Of a stretch of DNA of 64,000 nucleotides, positions 1 to 8,100 are shown piece after piece. Location: positions 623,252 through 687,251 of the forward strand of contig OZ244879.1 in NCBI GenBank assembly GCA_965221295.1. The letters run 5' to 3'. Source of the DNA: Dehalococcoidia bacterium (GTDB taxonomy: Bacteria > Chloroflexota > Dehalococcoidia > Lucifugimonadales > UBA3495). The translations under genes and the position numbers were made by a program. Within the stretch, counting starts at the first letter, position 1; each line of letters begins with the position of its first letter. The notes beneath the pieces were generated by a model, which saw nothing but the letters and a program-made list of their open reading frames with translations, was not told the origin of the DNA and ran no database searches.

Positions 1-1
1 T

Positions 2-619
2 GACCTGGGATTCTCATCGCGCCAAGTGAGCGCGGCCGGGTACGGCCTGTCATTCCAAACGGATGAACCCCTGGACATGAGGTACGACCCGGTGGGCGAA
101 ACGGCGGCGGATCTGGTCAACTCGCTGAACGAGCGGGACCTGGCCGACCTGATCTTCCGGTACGGCGAAGAGCGCAGGCGCCGGGCCATCGCCCGGTCCA
201 TCGTGAATAGCCGGCCCGTTGCAACCACCGCACAGCTGGCCCAGGCGGTGGCGCGGGCGACTGGTGGCCGACGCGGCGGCCGCAACCCGGCGACTCGCAC
301 GTTCCAAGCGTTGCGCATCGCCGTGAACCGGGAGCTGGATCACGTGGCGGCCGGGTTGGACGCTGCTGCGGAGCTACTGAAACCCGGCGGGCGCCTGTTG
401 GTAATCAGCTACCACAGCCTGGAGGACCGGTTGGTCAAGGACTGGATGGATCGGGAGACGGCGACGTGCGTTTGCCCCCCCGACCTGCCGGTTTGCGTAT
501 GTGAACGGCAACCGCGATTCCGGACCGCGCGTCGTCGCGCTGTCCGACCTTCGGAAGACGAGCGCGCCGCCAACCCCCGTAGCCGGAGCGCCCGACTGCG
601 AGCAGTGGAACGGCTATGA
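2..619 (+). CDS. rsmH: 16S rRNA (cytosine-N4)-methyltransferase RsmH/MraW, C-terminal part (5' end outside window)
   Basis: The frame is open from the window edge (DLGFSSRQVSAAGYGLSFQTDEPLDMRYD, ...ISYHSLEDRLVK). These are typical RsmH motifs. The gene lies directly upstream of ftsA. Confidence 0.85.
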   Translation, partial: DLGFSSRQVSAAGYGLSFQTDEPLDMRYDPVGETAADLVNSLNERDLADLIFRYGEERRRRAIARSIVNSRPVATTAQLAQAVARATGGRRGGRNPATRTFQALRIAVNRELDHVAAGLDAAAELLKPGGRLLVISYHSLEDRLVKDWMDRETATCVCPPDLPVCVCERQPRFRTARRRAVRPSEDERAANPRSRSARLRAVERL

Positions 620-695
620 ACCGCCGGTGGTCGGAGCGGCTCCGTCGCCTGTAGGAACACTCTGTAGGAACACTGGGAGAGAGGAAACGTCGAGC

Positions 696-2156
696 ATGGC
701 AAGGGAACCGATATTCGCCGTAGTTGACATCGGAACCAGCAAGATAGTGTCGATAGCCGCCAGGCTGGGGCCAGAGGGCGAGCTCAAACCGTTGGGTGTG
801 GGCGTGGCGCCGTCCCTTGGCGTTCAACAGGGAGTAATCGACGACTTCAAATCGGTTCAGGAGGGCATCAGAGAGAGTCTCGACGAATGCCTGCGGTACA
901 TGGGTCGCAACTCGCTTTCCGGGGTTTACGCCGTGGTCAACGGGGAGCACCTGACGGGTCGCAATTCCTCGGAGGGATTGAGCAACGACGTGGAACCGGT
1001 CGCGGTGACCGAACGGCGCCTGCGTTCCCTGATCAGCGAGGCGGCCGGCGCGCTGCGCGAAGAAGCCGATAGCAAGAGCCAGCAGACGCTGCATGTCATC
1101 CCCATGCGCTACCGGCTGGACGGCGTTGAAGGCGTGCGCAATCCCACCGGACTGCGTACCAACGACCTGCAACTGGAAACCCACATAGTGCGCGGCTTGT
1201 CGATCCCACTGGACAACATCGCTCGAGCCTTGCAGTCGTGCAAGACGCCGGCCCAGGGCTTGGTGGCCCATCCGCTGGCCTCCGCTGAGGGCGTGCTGAC
1301 CGCGGACGAACGCGAGATGGGCGTTGCGGTGGTTGATATTGGCGCGGGCACGATGAAGGTCGCGGTGTATCGGGGCGGCACGCCGTGCCACTCATCCGTG
1401 GTGGCCATGGGCGGCAATCAGTTGACCCGCGACCTGGCAGTTTCTCTGAGAATCCCGTACCAGATGGCGGAGGAACTGAAAATCGAGCAGGGCCACGCGC
1501 TACCGGACGAATTGTCGTCCAACGAGGATGTTCTGCTGCCGGACACCCAGATGCATCCCAAACGGACGATGCAACGCAGAGAACTTTGCGAACCGTTGTA
1601 CCTGCGCTGCTTGCAGATGCTCAAGCTGGTTCACGCCGAACTGTCCAAAGCCGAATCTTTGGACCTGCCGGGTGGGATTGTTCTGACGGGCGGAGGCGCC
1701 AAGATGCGCGGGTTGGCGGAGATGACCTCCCGCGGGTTTGGGACGCCGGTGCGCATCGGCGCGCCGCTGTGGTATGCGGGGTTGCCCGAATCGCTGCGAC
1801 AGCCCGAGTTGGCCGCGGCCCTGGGGACTCTGCAATGGTCGGTGAAGCACCGGCATCTGTCCGACCCGGGCCATGCCAATCGGGGCCTTGCAGACCGGGG
1901 TCATGCCAATCCGGGCCATACCGACCGGGGCCATACCGACCGGGGCCACGCCGACCGGGGCCATGCCAACCGGGACCATATCGAAGACCGCGACGTGGAC
2001 AAGACAGGGAAGGGCTGGTCGCCCCGCTCTCTGTTTCGCCGTCCTTTCGCCAAGGTTGGCGCGGCCGGAACTTCTGGAGACGCCCCCGCCGAGACGCTCA
2101 ATGCCGAGACGTTCAATGCCGAGACGCTCAGAGCCGAGACGCTCAGAAACGATTGA
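696..2156 (+). CDS. ftsA: Cell division protein FtsA with a repeat-rich C-terminal extension
   Basis: ATG at 696 gives MAREPIFAVVDIGTSKIVSIAA..., an actin-like ATPase pattern (VVDIGAGT, LTGGGAKMRGL). It lies upstream of ftsZ. The ORF-track start at 501 is probably too early. Confidence 0.85.
   Translation: MAREPIFAVVDIGTSKIVSIAARLGPEGELKPLGVGVAPSLGVQQGVIDDFKSVQEGIRESLDECLRYMGRNSLSGVYAVVNGEHLTGRNSSEGLSNDVEPVAVTERRLRSLISEAAGALREEADSKSQQTLHVIPMRYRLDGVEGVRNPTGLRTNDLQLETHIVRGLSIPLDNIARALQSCKTPAQGLVAHPLASAEGVLTADEREMGVAVVDIGAGTMKVAVYRGGTPCHSSVVAMGGNQLTRDLAVSLRIPYQMAEELKIEQGHALPDELSSNEDVLLPDTQMHPKRTMQRRELCEPLYLRCLQMLKLVHAELSKAESLDLPGGIVLTGGGAKMRGLAEMTSRGFGTPVRIGAPLWYAGLPESLRQPELAAALGTLQWSVKHRHLSDPGHANRGLADRGHANPGHTDRGHTDRGHADRGHANRDHIEDRDVDKTGKGWSPRSLFRRPFAKVGAAGTSGDAPAETLNAETFNAETLRAETLRND
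1861..1980 (+). repeat. Eight in-frame 15-nt tandem units (pentapeptide G-H-x-D/N-R) inside the ftsA 3' region
   Basis: Read directly as consecutive 15-nt units such as ccgaccggggccata. They translate to PGHANRGLADRGHANPGHTDRGHTDRGHADRGHANRDH. Confidence 0.9.
2088..2147 (+). repeat. Four in-frame 15-nt tandem units (AETLN-like) at the extreme 3' end of ftsA
   Basis: gccgagacgctcaat, gccgagacgttcaat and gccgagacgctcaga (twice). They translate to AETLNAETFNAETLRAETLR. Confidence 0.9.
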
Positions 2157-2210
2157 CCAACGAAAGCAACCAAAGCGCCCAATCGCGCCGACATCAGGAG
2201 GAACCACGAA

Positions 2211-3353
2211 ATGATTTTCCCCGACAGTTCCGCATCATGGGAACCGGCTGCCGGTTTTGAGGAGAGCGACGGCATGATCCCAGAGATCGGTCGTGGAGTT
2301 CCGCTCATCAAGGTGATGGGTGTCGGCGGCGGAGGATCCAACGCGGTCAGCCGGATGTACAAGGACAAGCTGCCCGTGGTGGAGTATTACGCCCTGAATA
2401 CCGACGCCCAACACCTGGCCCGGTGCGACGTGCACTACCGGATTGCGTTGGGTCGGAACTTGACTCGCGGCCTGGGCGCCGGCGCGCAACCGGAATTGGG
2501 CCGGCAGGCTGCCGAGGAATCGCGGTCTGAAATTGAGCAGGCCGTAAGCGGCGCCGACATGGTGTTCGTCGCCGTGGGCATGGGCGGCGGAACCGGCACC
2601 GGCGCGGCCCCGGTGGTGGCCCAGATCGCCAAGGAAAGCGGCGCCCTCACCATCGCCGTGGTGAGCCGTCCCTTCGGCTTCGAAGCCCAGACCCGCCGGC
2701 GCAACGCCGAGGACGGCTTGGAAAAACTGCAAGACCACGTGGACACCATGATCGTGATTCCCAACGACCGTCTGCTGGCCCTGAACGAGGAACAGGCCGA
2801 CTCCTATTCCTGGGAGGACGCCCTGAAGTTGGCCGATTCGGTGCTGCATCAGGGCATCAGCGCCATTGCCGAGGTGGTGACCGTTCCGGGCGAAATCAAC
2901 GTTGACTTCGCCGACGTCAAGACGATCCTCACCGGAGCCGGACAAGCCTGGCTGTCCATAGGGCGAGGCCGGGGAACCGACCGGGCGCGAGACGCCGCCC
3001 GCCAGTGCACCGCAAGCCCGATGCTGGACATGTCCCTGGAAGGCGCGCGTCGGATCCTGTTCATGCTGACGGGCGGCAATAACCTGTCGCTGCAGGAAGT
3101 GCAGGAAGCGGCGGCGGTAATCGAAGAACTGGCGGATCCCAACGCCAACATCATCTTCGGAACCAACAAGGACGCCCGATTGGACGACGAGGTGAAGATG
3201 ACCATGGTGGCGGCGGAATTCCCGGTGGCGGCGCCAGCTGCCGAGGACGATATCGCCAAATTGCTGGACGAGATGGAAATCCCCGAACGTAGCGACTTCG
3301 AACTGCCCACGTTCCTACAGCATCGCCAGAACCGCAGAGGCTTTTACCGCTAG
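2211..3353 (+). CDS. ftsZ: Cell division GTPase FtsZ
   Basis: Contains the tubulin signature GGGTGTGAAPV and the N-terminal VMGVGGGGSNAV. An AGGAGG sequence lies about 10 nt upstream of the ATG at 2211. Confidence 0.95.
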   Translation: MIFPDSSASWEPAAGFEESDGMIPEIGRGVPLIKVMGVGGGGSNAVSRMYKDKLPVVEYYALNTDAQHLARCDVHYRIALGRNLTRGLGAGAQPELGRQAAEESRSEIEQAVSGADMVFVAVGMGGGTGTGAAPVVAQIAKESGALTIAVVSRPFGFEAQTRRRNAEDGLEKLQDHVDTMIVIPNDRLLALNEEQADSYSWEDALKLADSVLHQGISAIAEVVTVPGEINVDFADVKTILTGAGQAWLSIGRGRGTDRARDAARQCTASPMLDMSLEGARRILFMLTGGNNLSLQEVQEAAAVIEELADPNANIIFGTNKDARLDDEVKMTMVAAEFPVAAPAAEDDIAKLLDEMEIPERSDFELPTFLQHRQNRRGFYR

Positions 3354-3390
3354 GCTCGGCGCCAAACCCGGTCGTTTTTCGACTGCTGAG

Positions 3391-3424
3391 GCCCCGGCTC
3401 CCGCGTGGAGCCGGGGCTTTTCGG
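3391..3424 (+). terminator. Intrinsic terminator after ftsZ
   Basis: GC-rich hairpin gccccggctcc / ggagccggggc followed by ttttc. Confidence 0.6.
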
Positions 3425-3522
3425 TGTCGGCAAAACCGGAACTGCCGGAGCGTTCTGCCCCGGGCCCGGTATGGCCGTCCAATGCTGGCCCAAAAATCGC
3501 TTAAATTCCCAGGCGGCACAAA

Positions 3523-3553
3523 TTGACACGCTCTTTAGGGGTTGGTCTATAAT
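3523..3553 (+). promoter_or_regulatory. Candidate sigma-70-type promoter upstream of nrdR
   Basis: TTGACA at 3523-3528 and TATAAT at 3548-3553. The 19-nt spacer is longer than optimal. The site lies in a locally AT-richer stretch. Confidence 0.4.
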
Positions 3554-3558
3554 CCCGC

Positions 3559-3606
3559 ATACAAGAAATTGTGGTATTTTCAGCCGAAGGCACAATATAT
3601 TCGGTT
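3559..3606 (+). promoter_or_regulatory. Two candidate NrdR boxes
   Basis: atacaagaaattgtggt and gcacaatatattcggt each resemble one good half of the published NrdR-box palindrome (acaCwAtATaTwGtgt). Their starts are about 31 nt apart, which matches the usual tandem-box spacing. Confidence 0.4.
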
Positions 3607-3649
3607 TACTAAAATTGTTTGAGAATTCGACCAAAAGGCAGCCAACTCC

Positions 3650-4195
3650 ATGAAATGCCCCTACTGCGAAGATAATCAGAGCAAGGTTACCGACTCCCGG
3701 GACGCCGACAACGGCATCCGCCGCCGCCGCGAATGCCTGTCCTGCGGGCGCCGTTTCACCACCCACGAGCAGGTGAGGCTGCCGGCGTTGCTGGTCGAAA
3801 AACGGGACGGGCGGCGGCAGGAATTCGACCGCGTGAAACTCCTCGCCGGGGTCAACATGGCCTGCACTCGCCGGCCCATACCTCGGCGCGACGTGGATCG
3901 GTTGATCGACGACATCGAGTCAGAACTGCAACGCCTGGGCAGCGGCGCCGTGCAATCCAAAGACCTGGGGCTGATGGTGCTGGAACGCCTTCGGCCGATG
4001 GACGAAGTGGCGTACATGCGTTACGCGTCGGTTTACTACGACTTTCAAGACGCCGCTGATTTCGAGGAGCGGGCTCGCACGCTGAGGGACGGCCAACCCG
4101 AACCGTTGCTGAGCTTGGCCGCCATTTCCAGCCAGCGCGCCCGACCACGGCGCGCCACCCGACGGGCCGGTTCAGCCAACCGGTCCAAGAAGTAA
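3650..4195 (+). CDS. nrdR: Transcriptional repressor NrdR
   Basis: N-terminal zinc ribbon MKCPYC...SKVTDSR...RRRRECLSCGRRFTT followed by an ATP-cone region. Confidence 0.95.
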   Translation: MKCPYCEDNQSKVTDSRDADNGIRRRRECLSCGRRFTTHEQVRLPALLVEKRDGRRQEFDRVKLLAGVNMACTRRPIPRRDVDRLIDDIESELQRLGSGAVQSKDLGLMVLERLRPMDEVAYMRYASVYYDFQDAADFEERARTLRDGQPEPLLSLAAISSQRARPRRATRRAGSANRSKK

Positions 4196-4228
4196 CCAAC
4201 CCAATCCACGGCTTCAGCCACCGTTGCC

Positions 4229-4552
4229 GTGGAGGCTTTCCGCAATGCTATCTGCTCGCCAACACCAACTCCAATGGAGGAGCTTCACACCATCATGGGC
4301 AGCAGCATTCAGTACTCCGCCTTTACCAGGCTATTGACCTACAACAATCGGGTTCACGACATGGAGGAGATGCTACGGAAGATGTGGGTCCCGTCGGACT
4401 GGACAACCGGCGACGCGGACAACGGTTCATCGTGGATACCGAATCCATTTGCCGAACTGCAAGACGACATGGACCGCGAGTCTCGCGCCTGCCTGGTGAG
4501 TTGCTGGGCAGCCTTGCCGATCCAGCGTGAGGAAGACGACCTTTTCGCCTGA
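4229..4552 (+). CDS. Hypothetical protein (start uncertain; the ATGs at 4274 or 4295 are also possible)
   Basis: The ORF has protein-like, non-shadow composition and lies between nrdR and nrdJ. No family was recognised. Confidence 0.4.
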   Translation: MEAFRNAICSPTPTPMEELHTIMGSSIQYSAFTRLLTYNNRVHDMEEMLRKMWVPSDWTTGDADNGSSWIPNPFAELQDDMDRESRACLVSCWAALPIQREEDDLFA

Positions 4553-4655
4553 CCCACCAGGAACCGCGACCCGATCCGACTCGACTCGGCGCGCCGACCC
4601 ACCGCGTTTTCGGTTCGCGCGTCGACCAGGGGCCAAAACCCCGGAGTTTCAATTG

Positions 4656-5102
4656 ATGCAGGAAATTGTTCAGTACAACGTTGAAATCAATTGCGGCCCG
4701 TGCCCGGAAGGGTGCTTGTCGCGAATATCCCGGCGGCTGCGCGCGGCGTTCCCAGTAACCAGCTGCCGCAGCACCAGCAACGGTTTAGAGATGCGAATGG
4801 TCTCAGGCCGCCGATTCGCGGACGGAGCGTTGAAGGACTTTGCGGATCTGGTTGGAGAGACGCTGACCGGCTTCGGTATCGTCATGACCATGGGCGTGGT
4901 GCGGCTCGTGACGCGAAGCAAGACCTTCCGCGTCGGCGCCCTGCAGCGGGCCCAAGACCTTGCCGCCAACCTCACCGGCATCGACTGGAGGCCAGCGCGT
5001 GAGGTTCCGGTGCTATATTTCTACAAGGGGTTGAAGTTCGATCTGGAGATGTCCGCGCGGCTGCAAGCCCTGAACCATACGGAAAGAGCCAGCGCAATTT
5101 AG
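4656..5102 (+). CDS. Hypothetical protein with N-terminal CGPC motif, possibly a glutaredoxin/NrdH/thioredoxin-like redoxin
   Basis: The ATG at 4656 is preceded by GGAG. The product starts MQEIVQYNVEINCGPCPEGC..., a strand followed by CxxC as in Grx/NrdH. Later, REVPVLYFYKG resembles the cis-Pro loop of the thioredoxin fold. The gene lies immediately upstream of nrdJ. Confidence 0.5.
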   Translation: MQEIVQYNVEINCGPCPEGCLSRISRRLRAAFPVTSCRSTSNGLEMRMVSGRRFADGALKDFADLVGETLTGFGIVMTMGVVRLVTRSKTFRVGALQRAQDLAANLTGIDWRPAREVPVLYFYKGLKFDLEMSARLQALNHTERASAI

Positions 5103-5115
5103 CAGGGAGGAAATC

Positions 5116-8100
5116 GTGGAGGCGAGGGCAACGAGCATGACGCAGCAGGTGAGCGGCGACCAAAAATCAAGCGACCCGAAATCATCGGCGCAGCGACGCA
5201 TTCGAGACGCGATGACCGCGGCGGGCATCGCACAGTCCTATGGCGAACGCACCGGCGAACTGACCGACAACGCCCGTGTGGTGCTGCAACGGCGATACCT
5301 AGCCAAGGACCGGGAAGGCAAGGTGTTGGAAGATCCGGAAGGGATGTTCCGCAGGGTCGCGCGCAACCTCTCCCAGTCGGACTTGGAATACGGCGCCACC
5401 GAAGCCGAACGCCAGCGCGTCGAGGATGAGTTCTACCGGGTCATGCGTCGGCTGGAGTTTCTGCCCAATTCGCCCACCCTGATGAACGCGGGACGGGAAC
5501 TGCAACAGCTCTCGGCCTGTTTCGTTCTGCCCGTTGAGGACTCTCTGGACTCGATTTTCACCAAGGTGAAGCAGACTGCGCTGATTCACAAGAGCGGCGG
5601 CGGAACCGGCTTCGCCTTTTCTCGCCTGCGCCCAGAGGGAGACGTGGTTGGTTCAACCGGAGGCGTGGCCTCCGGACCGGTGAGTTTCATCAACGCCTTC
5701 GACGCCGCCACCGACGTGGTGAAACAGGGCGGGACGCGCCGGGGCGCCAACATGGGCATCCTACACGTCACCCACCCCGACATCATGGACTTCATCACGT
5801 CCAAAGAGGACGGACAGCGCCTCAGCAACTTCAACATCTCGGTGGCGGTAACCGAGGATTTCATGCGTCGGGTGGAAAACGACCAGGCTTACGACCTGGT
5901 GAATCCTCGCACAGGACAAATCACCGGACAGCTCAACGCCCGCGAGGTCTTCGAACGCATGACTGAGCTGGCCTGGCGCACCGGGGATCCAGGCATCGTC
6001 TTCCTGGACCGTATCAACCGGGACAACCCGAACCCTCAGTTGGGGGACATCGAAAGCACGAATCCGTGCGTGTCCGCCGACACCTGGGTGCAGACTGCGG
6101 ATGGCCCGCGGCAGGTGGTGGAGCTGGTCGGCGTTCCCTGCGCCGTGATGGTTGATGGCGAGGCCCACGACACTGGCCGGCAGGGATTCTTCCCAACGGG
6201 CGTCAAACCCGTTTTGCGGCTGGCCACCGAAGAAGGCTACAACCTACGGCTAACGGAGGACCACCCAACGCTTCGCGTGAACGCCGACGCTGGCGCCGGT
6301 TCCGGGCGCGCGTGGGTCCCCGCCCGCGACCTGCGACCCGGCGACGAGATTCAGCTCCATGACCATCGCAACATTGCCAGCTGGCCCGGCCCGTATAGCG
6401 AGCGCGAAGGATACCGCATCGGCGCGCTGATGGGGAACGACGCCCTGTCCGAAAATCGGGCGCCGCTCGGTTTCGGGACGCGCCAAGGGTTCCCCAGCGG
6501 AACCGACCAGACGCACGGAGCCGCTCCCGTCATGGAACGAACCGCGGCGGCCGTCCAGACTCGCCATCGCCGCAACGCCCTCGATGGCTCCATGGACGCG
6601 CCGGGAGTATCCCAACGCCAGCCCGGCTTGGGCGCAGCGTCGCTACTGGCGCTGGAAGTGGGCATGGCCCCAGGACGCAAGACCATTACGCCGGCAATGG
6701 AGCGCGCCTCCAGCGACTTCTATCGCGGTTTCCTGCGCGCGCTCTTCGACGCTGACGGAACGGTCAACGACGCGCCGGCGGATGGCCTCAGCGTTCGCTT
6801 GTCCTGGAGCGATGCGCCCTTCGATGCGTCCTTCCTTGAAGCGGCGCAACGGATGTTGCTGCGGCTGGGCATAGCGTCGCGGCTGCGCAACCCAAGCCAC
6901 CCGTCTGGCGCTGGGACATTGTCGGATGGCCAGCGGAACCCTGTCCCTGGCCCGATGGGAACCGAACCCGTAGGAACCAAACCCATGGGAACCAAACCCA
7001 TGGAAACCAAACCCGAATTGGCTATTGCCGGCGAGAATATCGCCCGCTTCGCCGCGACCGTCGGATTTTCCGACGTGGACAAGCAGACGCAGCTCGTTGG
7101 ATCGCTCGCCGCCCACCGGCCCGGTTTCAGCGAGGAACGCTTCGTTGCGCGGGTACAGTCGCTGCAACCGGACGGCTGCGAGGCGGTCTTCGACGTTCAG
7201 GTGCCCGGCGTCAACGCTTTTGACGCCAACGGCCTCTACGCCCACAACTGCGGGGAGCAACCCCTGCTGCCCTATGAATCCTGCAACCTGGGTTCGCTGA
7301 ACCTGGCGCGGATGGTGCGGTACGACGGGGTCGGCGCCGAAATCGATTGGGAACGAATGTCGGAGGTTATCGAGACGGCGGTTCACATGCTGGACTGCGT
7401 CATCGATATGAACGACTACCCAATCGATGAGATCGCCGACATGAGCCGTCGGACGCGGCGCATAGGTCTGGGTGTGATGGGCTGGTCGGACCTGCTGATT
7501 CAGATGGGCGTTCGCTACGACAGCGAAGCGGCGCTGGAACTGGCCGAAGAGGTGATGAAATTCATCCAGGAGGAGACTTACCGCGCCTCTGAGCGACTAT
7601 CCGAAGCGCGCGGCCCCTTCCCGGAATGGGAACGAAGCGTGTACAGCCGCGGCCCGAACCAGCGCCACATGCGGAACTCGGCCCCGGTCACCATCGCGCC
7701 CACGGGCACCATCAGCATCATCGCCGGAGCGTCCAGCGGAATCGAGCCGCTGTTCGCGTTGTCCTACGTGCGCAACGTGATGGACAACACCAGGTTGGTG
7801 GAGGGCAACAACTACTTCGAGGCGGTGGCCCGCAACGAAGGGTTCTACTCTGAAGAGTTGATGGAGCAGCTGGCCGCCGTGGGGTCATTGGAACATCTGG
7901 ACGTGCCCGCCTGGGTGAAGGAAGTCTTCAGGGTCTCGCACGACATCGATCCCCGTTGGCACGTCAAGATGCAGGGAGCCTTCCAGAAATATACCGACAA
8001 CGCGGTGTCCAAGACGATTAATTTCCCACACGACGCGACGGTGGCCGACGTGGCCGAGGCGTATCGCTCGGCGTATGCGCTGGGCTGCAAGGGAATCACG

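Noticed and set aside
4196-5115. Possible cobalamin riboswitch or separate NrdR-regulated promoter directly upstream of the B12-dependent nrdJ
   Set aside because: No B12-box-like or NrdR-box-like sequence was seen by eye. The space is filled by two ORFs with coding-like composition.
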